Below the pieces are notes generated by a model. It made no database searches, was not told where the DNA came from, and saw only the letters and a program-made list of their open reading frames with translations. DNA of 64,000 bases from an uncultured Chloroflexia bacterium (GTDB lineage: Bacteria; Chloroflexota; Limnocylindria; Limnocylindrales; CSP1-4): NCBI GenBank assembly GCA_963707395.1, contig CAVPPQ010000006.1, forward strand, positions 298-64,297, in the 5' to 3' direction. The position numbers and the translations under genes were made by a program. This document shows positions 1 to 9,779 of this stretch, one piece after another. Position 1 is the first letter of the stretch. The number at the start of each line of letters is the position of its first letter.

Positions 1-1506
1 GTCGAGAAGCAGACCAACCCCGCTGACTCCCCTCAGACGTTCACCTTCACCGGTGACGCTGCTGGCTCCATCGCCGACAACGGCCAGATCGTGGTCGGCA
101 ACCTCGTGCCCGGCACGTACACCTCGACTGAAGCTGTGACCCCAGACTGGGTCCTCGACTCGATCGTCTGCGATGACGGCCAGAGCCAGAACCCAAGCTC
201 GGGCAGCCTGGTCGATCGCAAGGCAACCTTCAAGCTCGACGCGGGCGAGACCGTGAAGTGCACCTTCACGAACCTGTTCGCCAAGCTCAGCGTGGTGAAA
301 TCGGCAAGCCCGGCGTTCTACTCGAAGGCCGGTGACCTCATCACCTACACGGTGACGACCACCAATGTCGGCGCCGCCACGCTCACCAACGTGGGCGTCA
401 GCGACCCGCTCATCCCGCAACTTGCCAGCTGGGCCTGCACCGTTGACGGTGCGGCCGTCACCCTCCCGGTGGCCAGCCTGGCACCCGGCAAGGCCATCGT
501 CTGCAAGGCGACGTATACCGTCACCCAGGCTGACGTGGACAACGCCAACAAGTCCATCCCCAATACGGCCTGCGCCATCAGCACGCAGACATCCAAGCCG
601 GTCTGCGATGACGAGCGCGTCTACGAGTCCGAGCTCTCCATCGTCAAGACATCCAACGTGCAGACGTACGACGCGGTCGGCGACGTCATCACGTACACCG
701 TGATGGCCACCAACATCGGCAACTACCCGCTTACCAGTGTGGTCGTGACCGACAAGCTGCTCACGGTGAAGCTCGACAACTTCGTCTGCAGCCCGACCGT
801 CCCGGTGGCATCCCTGGCGCCCGGTGCCAGCATCACCTGCACCGGCAGCCACACCATCACCCAGGCCGATCTCGACAAGGGCGATGTCCTGAACACCGCC
901 TGCGCCGACTCCGACCAGACCCCTGAGGTCTGCGACGACCTCGACATCCCGGCCATCAAGCTGGCGGTCGTGAAGACGGCCGACACGCCCATCGCCGACA
1001 TCGAGGGTGAGGACGTCACCTTCACCTTCACCGTGACCAACACGTCGAAGGTCCCGGTCAGCATCGTGTCACTCGTCGACTCCGACTTCGGAGCCCTCCA
1101 GGGTGATGCGGACTGCCAGGTCGGCGTGACGCTGCCGGCGGGTGCCTCGTGCCAGTTCGAAGCGACGTTCTTCGTCGAGCCGGAAGTGGTCGCCGATCCG
1201 CCGCAGGACACCATCCCGCACGTCAATACTTTCACGGCCTGTGCCGTGGCCGGTCCCTCCCAGAGCCAGTCCGACAGGGTCTGCGCCGAGGATGATGAGG
1301 AGATCGGTTGGATCGGCGGTGCTGGTGGTGGCGGTGGCGGCGGTGGCCAGCCGCCGACGGACACGCTCATCCCGACCGACACCGTGTCGGCCGCGAGCGG
1401 TCCGCTCGACAGCCCGATGAACTGGATCCTCATGATCCTGATGTCGGCCACGGTCATCCTGTCCGCGGGCTGGGTCATCCGGAGGGTCCGCACCTCCGAG
1501 ATCTAG
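1..1506 (+). CDS. C-terminal part (5'-truncated by window) of a large surface protein with SpaA/prealbumin-like and DUF11/DUF7507 repeat domains and a QPPTDT-TM-basic C-terminal tail
   Basis: Frame open from base 1. Repeats of L-x-V-x-K...GDxITY...N-x-G...V-x-D...N-T-A-C. Ends GGGGGGGG-QPPTDT (1348-1365), then hydrophobic helix WILMILMSATVILSAGWVI and RRVR. Confidence 0.85.
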   Translation, partial: VEKQTNPADSPQTFTFTGDAAGSIADNGQIVVGNLVPGTYTSTEAVTPDWVLDSIVCDDGQSQNPSSGSLVDRKATFKLDAGETVKCTFTNLFAKLSVVKSASPAFYSKAGDLITYTVTTTNVGAATLTNVGVSDPLIPQLASWACTVDGAAVTLPVASLAPGKAIVCKATYTVTQADVDNANKSIPNTACAISTQTSKPVCDDERVYESELSIVKTSNVQTYDAVGDVITYTVMATNIGNYPLTSVVVTDKLLTVKLDNFVCSPTVPVASLAPGASITCTGSHTITQADLDKGDVLNTACADSDQTPEVCDDLDIPAIKLAVVKTADTPIADIEGEDVTFTFTVTNTSKVPVSIVSLVDSDFGALQGDADCQVGVTLPAGASCQFEATFFVEPEVVADPPQDTIPHVNTFTACAVAGPSQSQSDRVCAEDDEEIGWIGGAGGGGGGGGQPPTDTLIPTDTVSAASGPLDSPMNWILMILMSATVILSAGWVIRRVRTSEI

Positions 1507-1527
1507 CCAGCATCCATCGCGACACTC

Positions 1528-1568
1528 CCGACGGCCGGGCTCCCACCAGGGACCCGGCCGTCGGCTTT
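1528..1568 (+). terminator. Hairpin terminator after surface protein 1
   Basis: CCGACGGCCGGG (1528-1539) pairs with CCCGGCCGTCGG (1553-1564), followed by CTTT. Confidence 0.65.
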
Positions 1569-1782
1569 CGGGGCCTGGTGGAGGGCCTGAGGCGTCGCGG
1601 ACCGCGGGCTCGGGAAAGTACTACGGCTCCGGTGGACTATCAGGCCCGGTGCGGAAAGCGCCGTGGCTCGAGTATCGTCTCGCGCCAGTAGCGAACCGTG
1701 CAGGGCTTTCTTGGTACGGTTCGCTCCGTCTTGTCATCATCCACCAGCGTCGATGACCGCTGGTTTCCACGGGAGAAGCGAT

Positions 1783-4700
1783 TTGGCTCCGAGCACCTCC
1801 GTGTCCCCGCGCGTCCACCGCCTGGCCGCCCTGCTGGCCGTCCTGCAGGTCATCCTGCTGACGTCGTCGCTGTTGCTGACCCCGGCGCTGGTCATCGCCC
1901 AGGATGCGGAGGCGGACGCCTCTGCCCAGCCTGTCGCTGCCGAGCCATCGCCGGCACCCGAGCCCGAGGTGGCCGCCGAGGAGCCCGCCCCTGCCGCGGA
2001 GGTCCAGGCTTCGGAGCCCGCACCGGCTCCCGCTGATCCGCCCAACGTCCAGCCCGAGCCCCAGGCTGCGCCCGCCCAGGAGGCCGCGCCCGAGCCCACG
2101 ACGCAGGAACCGGCGCCCGAGCCCAGGGCACAGGGACCGAAGTCCGATAAGGAACAGAAGCCCGACACGGCGCCCGACCGGGAGCCGGGCGCCGAGCCCA
2201 CGGCCGAGCAGGCTCCAGTCGAGCCTGCGCCCGACGTCGCCCCCGCCGAGCCCGAGCGCAAGCTCGTCATCGACTCCCAGCCGCGCAAGCTCGACCTGGT
2301 CGTGGGTGATGTGGCCAAGCTCTCGGCCTGGCTCTGCACCACGTCCGGCGATGGCGCCGGACCCGGGTCCGACCAGGAGCCCGGCCAGTCCGACGCATGC
2401 TCGCCAGCCACGGACGTCCGTTGGTCGGTCAGGGATGAGGGTGTCGCCTCGTTCGAAGCGCCAGACGCCAACGACGTGCGCCTCGCCGCCGTGGCCGTCA
2501 TCGGCGCCACCGAGGTCGTAGCCACGCTCGACAAGTTGACTGCCAAGGCTGAGTTGACCATCAGTGCCGCACGTTCAGCGGCTGCGAATGACGCCGTCGC
2601 ACAGCGCGAACAAGGCGGTGCCACGGCCGGCAAGAGCGTGTTCGACGCGACTCCCCACGAAGCGCCGGCGGCTGACATGGGTGCGGCCGCGGAGTCGACC
2701 ACGGACGCAGTCGGTCAGCCGACGGCGCAGGTCGGACCGGCGGATGACATGTCTGTCAGCGCCAGCAAGATGGCCGCCGAGGATCTCATCATCACGCCGC
2801 AATCGAATGTCACGATCACCGGCTCGGTCGCAACCTATCCGACAGGCACCCCACTCATCGCCGGCGCAACCGTCACGGCCACGTGCACGGGCTGCAACAA
2901 CTCTCCCACCGTGTCGTATACGGGTGGGGGGACCAGCACCAACGCCACCGGGGGCTTCTCGGTCAGCGTCACGTACCCCGGGCGCGGTCCGGCGACGGTC
3001 ACGTTGACGGCATCAGCTCCGGGTTACAGCTCGGTCCCACAATCCTCCGACACACGCACCTGCACGGACAAGGGCTCGTCGTGCACGGCGTCGCCTGTGA
3101 CCCTGCTGTTGGATCCGGCGCTCCGCGCCGACCTCTCGGTCACCAAGACCGACAGTCCCGACCCGGTCATCGCCGGCGCGAACCTCACCTACACCATCAC
3201 CGTCGCCAACGCCGGTCCCAACGCCGCCCAGAGCGTGAGCCTGACCGACACCCTGCCCGCGGGCACGACCTTCGTCTCGCTCACCGCGCCCGCAGGCTTC
3301 AGCTGCACGACGCCCGCCGTGGGGGGCAACGGCACCGTCACCTGCACGATCGCCAGCCTGGCCGCCGGTGCCACCCAGACCTTCACGCTCATCGTCCAGG
3401 TCGGGGCGAGTGTCGCCGCCGGCACGGTCATCAGCAACACGGCCACCGTCTCCGCGGCGACCAGCGATCCGAACGCTGCCAACGACAGCGCGACCACCAC
3501 GACCACCGTGGCCACATCCGCCGACCTCTCGGTCACCAAGAGCGACGGGGTCACGACCGTGACCGCCGGTGACGGCCTGACCCGCACCTTCACCATCACG
3601 GTGCGCAACGCGGGGCCCAGCACGGCGACCGGCGTGAGCCTCTCCGACACCTGGCCGGCCGGTTTCACGCGCACCTCGCTGCCCGCGGCCTGCACCGACG
3701 TCGGAGGCGGTCCGAGCTTCGACTGTGCCCTCGGGCCCATCCTGGCCGGTGCCACCACGACGCTGGTCGTCACCTACACGGTGCCAGCCTCGACCCCGGC
3801 GGGCCCTCAGGCCAACACGGCCACCGTCTCGAGCTCGACCACCGACCCGACCCCGGCCAACAACACCGCCACCGACACCACCACCGTGGCCACCTCCGCC
3901 GACCTCTCGGTCACCAAGACCGACAGTCCCGACCCGGTCATCGCCGGCGCGAACCTCACCTACACCATCACCGTCGCCAACGCCGGTCCCAACGCCGCCC
4001 AGAGCGTGAGCCTGACCGACACCCTGCCCGCGGGCACGACCTTCGTCTCGCTCACCGCGCCCGCAGGCTTCAGCTGCACGACGCCCGCCGTGGGGGGCAA
4101 CGGCACCGTCACCTGCACGATCGCCAGCCTGGCCGCCGGTGCCACCCAGACCTTCACGCTCATCGTCCAGGTCGGGGCGAGTGTCGCCGCCGGCACGGTC
4201 ATCAGCAACACGGCCACCGTCTCCGCGGCGACCAGCGATCCGAACGCTGCCAACGACAGCGCGACCACCACGACCACCGTGGCCACATCCGCCGACCTCT
4301 CGGTCACCGAAGCTGGCGACCGGCCCGGGCGGCACGACGCCGAACGACGCCCAGACGCCCGCCACGGCGGAAGGGATCATTCCCGCTCAGCCCGTGACGT
4401 TCACCCTGCGGGTGACGAACAACGGGCCGTCGGTGGCGCAGAGCGTGACCGTCATCGACCCGCTGGCCAGCGACCTGGTGACGCCCGTGCTCTTCGTCAG
4501 CGCACCGGCCGGGTTGACCTGTGACCGGGCCGGCGGCGGGACGGCCGCGGCCGGCGAGCCGCTCGATGTCCCGGTCACCTGCCGGGCCGCCACGCTGGCG
4601 GTCGGGTCGGCGGGCTCGATCGTGTTCACCGCTACGGCGGCGGACCCGGTCACTGCGACGGCGCCGTTCCCGAACAGCGCCACGGTGTCGGGTCTCACCA

Positions 4701-7001
4701 GCGACCCCGTCCAGACCGACAACGCCGACGTCGCCTACCTGAAGACGTTCGACCTGGCTCTGACCAAGGTCTTCCGCGACGGCACGGACACCACACCGGC
4801 CGTGGCCGGTGGGGCGGCCTTCCCGTACACGATCACGGTTGAGAACCTCGGCACGAGCGGGGTGGTTGGCGATGCCACCGTGACCGACACCTTGCCGACC
4901 GGCTTCTCGTTCGCACCTACGCCGCTCGACACGACGGCATCGACGGCCAGCGTGACCTGCGCCGCGCCGAGTGGCCAGACCATCACCTGCACCATCCCGG
5001 CGGCGGCGCTGCCCGCCGGTGCCACGGCGACGGTGGTGCTGCGGGCTCGTGCCGACGCGAGCACGGCCCCCGACCCGGGAGCCGGCTACCCCAACCTCGC
5101 GGTCCTCGATCACCCCGACGATCCAGCACCGCCCGATCCAACGTGCCGTCAGGTCGCCCCCACGCTGACGGCCGCAGCCGCGATCAGCGACTCATCGAAC
5201 AACGTCGCCTGCGCCGACACCCCGCTGGTCGCCCAGGCCGACCTCGGCATCGTCAAACAGGTGCAGGGGCAGGATGGCAACCCGGACCCGGTGGCTGTCG
5301 CCGCCGGCCAGACGATCACCTACACGCTGACGGTGACCAACGCGGGCCCAAGCGATGCCAGCGGGGTCGTGGTGACCGACTCGTTCCCGGCTGTCTTCAC
5401 CCAGGTCACGCTTGGCACGGTGACGCCGCCGTCGCTCGGCTGCACGCTGGCGCCCCCCGGCACCCAGTTCGTGCTGACCTGCGACGCCGCCACGATGGCG
5501 GCCGGCTCGACGGCCACGGTCACCTTGACCGCGGTCGTGCCGGTGGGCCTCCCTGACGGCGCGGTGATCCCCAACACGGCCACGGTGGCGGCGCGCACCC
5601 CACAGGTCCCCGACGCCCTGCCCAACAGCGACACGGCGTCGGTGGAGGTGGGAGCGGTCGCCGACCTCTCCGTCACCAAGAGCGTCACCCCGGCCGAGAC
5701 CGTCTCGGGCGGCAGCGTCACCTACACCCTGAGCGTCTCCAACGCCGGTCCCTCCGACGCAGCCGACGCCACCCTCAGTGACACGTTCCCGGCGCAGCTC
5801 CAGGGCGTCACCGTGGTCGATGACGGGCCATACACCTGCGCGCCGATCGTCGGTAACACGCTCACCTGCACGATCGCCAGCCACCCGGTCGGCGTCGACG
5901 CCACCATCACGGTGAACGCCACCGTCGTACCCGGCACCTACCTCGACCTGACGACCGTCTCCAACAGCGCCACCGTCTCGAGCCAGACCACTGACCCGGA
6001 TCCGGCTGACAACGCGGCCACGGCCACGTTCAAGATCCGCTCGACCCCCACGATCTCCGTCACCAAGACCGCCACTCCGGGCTCCATCCCCGAGCCGGGC
6101 GGGGACGTCTCTTTCGCCGTCAGCGTCACCAACACCGGCAATGTGGCGGTCTCGCTCACGAGCCTGGTGGACAACGTCCACGGCGACGTGAACGGCAAGG
6201 GGACGCTGCGCCGTGCCGCAGTCACTGGCGCCTGGAGCGACCTACGCCTGCGCCTTCACGGCATTCGTGGGTGGGGTCGGCGGCACGGTCGAGACCGACG
6301 TGGTCACGGCCAGGGCCGCCACGCTCGAGGGTCGCCAGGCCACCGCGTCTGACGACGCGACGGTGACGATCACGGATGTCGTGCCTGCCATCGCGGTCAC
6401 CAAGACCCCGTCCGTGACCAGGCTGGAAGAGCCGGGTGGCGACGTGACCTTCACCATCACCATCCAGAACCTCGTTCCCGAGAGCCTCGGCATCGTGGCC
6501 CTGAGCGACGACCTGCTGGGCGACCTGGATGACCCACGCAATCGGGATCTCACGAACAACACGTGCGCGAACTCGGTCGGCGACCTCATCGCCGCCGGCG
6601 CGACATACGAATGCCAGTTCACGGCCTTCGTCACCGGGCAGGCTGGCGACCGTCACGTGAACACCGTGACCGTCACGGTCACTGACGACGAGGAGGCCCT
6701 GCTGGCTGGAGAGTTCCGCGATACAGCGGTCACGGTCATCTCCGCGACTGCCCAGGCCTTCATCCGCATCGTCCCCGTCCGGGATGGCGGCGCTGGCGAT
6801 GACGAGAGCGGAAGCGGCGGTGGCGCAGGTGACGGCGACAAGCAGCCGTCCACGGACACACTCCTCGCGACCGAGGCCGCGTCGACGTCAGGTGGATTCC
6901 TTGGGGGCCCGACGGGCTGGGCCTTCATCGTCCTCGTCGCGGCCATGATGATCGTCAGCGGCGCATGGCTCATCCGTCGGCATCGACTGGCCAGGACGTA
7001 G
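1783..7001 (+). CDS. Giant (~1,740 aa reconstructed) surface protein: signal peptide, Pro/Ala/Glu linker, Ig-like and many DUF11/DUF7507 domains, QPSTDT-TM-basic tail; split by two +1 frameshifts (~4309, ~6206)
   Basis: ORFs 1663..4524, 4139..6352 and 6213..7001 join. Removing G4309 restores DLSVTK-LATG; removing C6206 restores GKGT-CAVPQSL. ADLSVTK repeats throughout. QPSTDT at 6843-6860. Start uncertain (1753/1783/1801). Confidence 0.8.
3127..4308 (+). repeat. Identical 411-bp direct repeat (3127-3537 and 3898-4308) encoding one DUF11 domain
   Basis: GCCGACCTCTCGGTCACCAAGACCGACAGTCCC...GGTCACC occurs twice with a 771-bp offset; no mismatch seen by eye. Confidence 0.9.
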
Positions 7002-7027
7002 CCCACGCCAACCTCCGCCACCACAAG

Positions 7028-7061
7028 CGACGGCCGGATCCCGCGAAGGATCCGGCCGTCG
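7028..7061 (+). terminator. Hairpin after surface protein 2
   Basis: Perfect 14-bp stem CGACGGCCGGATCC / GGATCCGGCCGTCG with a 6-nt loop. Confidence 0.7.
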
Positions 7062-7076
7062 ATCTGTCCAGCATCC

Positions 7077-7140
7077 TTGACAGCGTTCATCTTGGTTTAC
7101 ACGGTGGTTGTAAACACCAGTAAACACAGCAAAGAGGCCT
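7077..7140 (+). promoter_or_regulatory. AT-rich promoter/operator-like segment
   Basis: TTGACA 7077-7082; inverted repeat GTTTACA (7095-7101) / TGTAAAC (7109-7115); direct repeat GTAAACAC x2; GAGG before ATG 7143. Confidence 0.45.
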
Positions 7141-7142
7141 CG

Positions 7143-7544
7143 ATGGACATCATCCAGGAGTTCGGGAGCAGGGTCTGGAACGTGGCGGACCATTCGCCGA
7201 TCAGCACCGACGACGTTGCCGCCACGGTTCCACTGCTTGAGGCTGAGCTCGATGAGTCGTTCTTCAAGGGGCGCATGGCACGCGTGACACAACCTCGCGA
7301 GATCTCATACCTGCGAGCCATGGCTGAACTCGCCCCGGAGTCCCGACGGTCGGGCGCCATCGCATCGAAGCTGGGGCTCGGTTCGAGCGCTGAGGTCGGC
7401 ACTGTCAGGGGGAGCCTGATCGAAAAAGGCCTGATCTACTCGCCTGCCTTGGGCTTGGCGGATTTCACTGTCCCATTCTTCGACCAGTTCCTGATTCGGA
7501 CCTATCGACTCGAGCCCTGGCACCGAAGACGTCGTGGGCGATAA
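7143..7544 (+). pseudogene. C-terminal (winged-helix) fragment of an AAA_16-type ATPase; no P-loop
   Basis: IQEFG..VWN.A...LDESFF..R...T..E..YL.AMA.L...SG.IA..LG...R..LI.KGLIYSP..G...FTVP.FD.FL resembles the C-terminus of that family; Walker motifs absent. Confidence 0.6.
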
Positions 7545-7592
7545 CGATCGAACCGCGGCGATCGTCGCTGCCGCCTGTCCTCCCAGGCCGCT

Positions 7593-8486
7593 CTATCGGC
7601 GGGGTGGTTGCCGTCGGTCGGGAGCGGGCCGTCTCACCATGTAGATCGCTACCAGCGTGGCGCCGATGAGGACCGCGCCGCCACCCAGGGCGAGGGAGGC
7701 TGCGTCGGTGGTGCCACCGGCCGCCATGGTCGTGGGCGACGGCTGCGGTGTCGGCTTCGCGGCGCCCGTGCGCCCCGCCTTGCCGCCCCGGTCGGTCGGC
7801 TTCGGCCGTGGCTGCCAGCAGGCTCGTGGCTTGGCCTTGGGCGGTGGCTCATCCGTCCACGTGGCGCCGATGAGGTTGGCGGCCACCTGCAGCTTGGGGA
7901 TGGTGCCCGGTGGCCCCTCGCTCGTCTGCAGGATGAGACGCTGCTGGCTGGGGCGGGCGCGCAGCGCCAGGCGGCGGTTGTAGGCATGCTGCTTGACCTC
8001 CACGATGCGGTAGCGCAGCAGGCGTCCGTCCTTCAGTTGCAGCGTCACCATCTGACCCAGCAATCCCTCGCCCGAGGTGGCCTCCGCGTTCAGCAGCAGG
8101 GGCAGGAACATGCCCGGCTGGGCATGGGCGTAGACCCAGGTCGTGCCAGGGGCACCGGGCAGGTCGTAGATGTCCCAGTACTGGGCCACGTCACAGAGCG
8201 GGTAGTCGCGCACGTTGCCGGGCACGGTGCGCTCGCTGGAGAGCACCGGCAGATCGATGCCGAGGGCGGGCACGGTGATACGCACCGGGACGGCCGGATC
8301 GTCGAGCGGGGGCTTGCCCTGCGCCAGCGCGACCGTTGGCGCGCCCCCGGCCAGCGACCCCGGCACCGCGACAGAGGACACGGACCCGACGGTCAGCACC
8401 GCCAGCGCCATGCACAGCGCCATGGCCAGCCTCGCCGCGACCCCACGGGTGCGCCCGGAACGCACGACTGAGATCCAACCGCTCAT
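7593..8486 (-). CDS. Sortase-fold (class F-like) protein with non-canonical catalytic residues; N- and C-terminal hydrophobic segments
   Basis: PVRITVPALGIDLPV, PG.PG.T.VYAH, YRIVEV, RLILQTS (at the TLxTC position), PKLQV. Confidence 0.7.
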   Translation of the reverse strand: MSGWISVVRSGRTRGVAARLAMALCMALAVLTVGSVSSVAVPGSLAGGAPTVALAQGKPPLDDPAVPVRITVPALGIDLPVLSSERTVPGNVRDYPLCDVAQYWDIYDLPGAPGTTWVYAHAQPGMFLPLLLNAEATSGEGLLGQMVTLQLKDGRLLRYRIVEVKQHAYNRRLALRARPSQQRLILQTSEGPPGTIPKLQVAANLIGATWTDEPPPKAKPRACWQPRPKPTDRGGKAGRTGAAKPTPQPSPTTMAAGGTTDAASLALGGGAVLIGATLVAIYMVRRPAPDRRQPPRR

Positions 8487-8686
8487 GTCGTCACGCTACC
8501 ACCTGATCGCAGAAGGCCCGTGCGTCGCGTCACCACCCTTTCGGCCGCCGGCCCACCCGGAGGGTCCGAGGGTCGGCCGCGCCCGAACCCGATGACACCG
8601 CGCCTGAAGCCGGTGACAGAACGCACCGGCGGGTATACTCCAGCCCGACCCGCGTCAAGTCGTCGTGGCGCTGTGGAGGGAGTCTC

Positions 8687-9751
8687 TTGGACCACACCGC
8701 CCACCGGGGCACGGTGCGTCCCCGGGTGGCAGTCATCGAGGATGACGCGGCCGTCAGGCGTGTCCTGGGCCGCATCCTGGAGGATGCCGGATACAGCGTC
8801 ATCGCCGTGGCGGATGGCATCAACGGGCTGCGCGCCGTAGCCGAGCACCAGCCGGACATGGTCATCCTGGACCTCACCCTGCCTGGCATGGACGGGCTGG
8901 AGATCTGCCGGCGGCTGCGGGCCGACCACCGCACCGTGACGCTGCCCATCATCGTGCTCACGGCCCACACGTCCACCTCGGACATGGTGGCCGCCCTGGA
9001 CGCGGGCGCCGACGACTTCGTCACCAAGCCCTTCCAGCAGGTCGAGCTCCTGGCTCGCCTGCGCAGCTCGTATCGGACGCGCGAGGTCATCCGGCGCATG
9101 GAGCAGGCCCACGACATCGTGGTCGCCCTGGCCAACGCGGTCGAGGCCAAGGACCTCGGGCTCAAGGATCACTGCCGCTACCTGGCGTACCGCTCGGCCC
9201 GACTGGCCGCCTACGTCGGCCTTCGCGACGGCGAGCTGGAGGGCGTCGCCTACGGCGCGCTGCTCCACGACATCGGCAAGATCGGCATCGCGGAGCACGT
9301 CCTCCACAAGCCAGGCCCACTCACGGATGAGGAGTTCCTCATCATGCGCGAGCACCCCGAGATCGGGGAGCGCATCTGCGACCCGCTGCGCATGTCTCGG
9401 GATTTCACGCCCATCATCCGCCACCACCACGAGCGCTGGGACGGCAGCGGCTACCCGGATGGCCTGAAGGGGGAGCAGATCCCCCTGGGTGCCCGCATCG
9501 TGGCCCTCGCCGACGCCTTCGACGCCATCGTGCGCGGCCGCCCCTATCGCGCCGCCCGCTCCGTGGACGAGGCTTTCGAGGAGCTGCGCAAGCACGCCGG
9601 CCAGCAGTTCGACCCGGGCCTCGTGCCGCTCTTCATCGAGGAGGCCGACCGGCTCGATTCGGGCGTCGCGCCGAGCGTGGAGCTGCCGCCCGCGGCGCTC
9701 CTGGGCCGCGATGCCGCCATCGTCACCCGCGCCGGCGCGCTGCGCATCTAG
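8687..9751 (+). CDS. Response regulator with HD-GYP c-di-GMP phosphodiesterase domain (RpfG-like)
   Basis: Receiver (IEDD, ILDLTLP, TKPF) plus HDIGK and HHERWDGSGYPDGL; GGAGGG RBS before TTG. Confidence 0.92.
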   Translation: MDHTAHRGTVRPRVAVIEDDAAVRRVLGRILEDAGYSVIAVADGINGLRAVAEHQPDMVILDLTLPGMDGLEICRRLRADHRTVTLPIIVLTAHTSTSDMVAALDAGADDFVTKPFQQVELLARLRSSYRTREVIRRMEQAHDIVVALANAVEAKDLGLKDHCRYLAYRSARLAAYVGLRDGELEGVAYGALLHDIGKIGIAEHVLHKPGPLTDEEFLIMREHPEIGERICDPLRMSRDFTPIIRHHHERWDGSGYPDGLKGEQIPLGARIVALADAFDAIVRGRPYRAARSVDEAFEELRKHAGQQFDPGLVPLFIEEADRLDSGVAPSVELPPAALLGRDAAIVTRAGALRI

Positions 9752-9779
9752 GGCGAGCGTCGCCGAGCGCCTGACGCAC

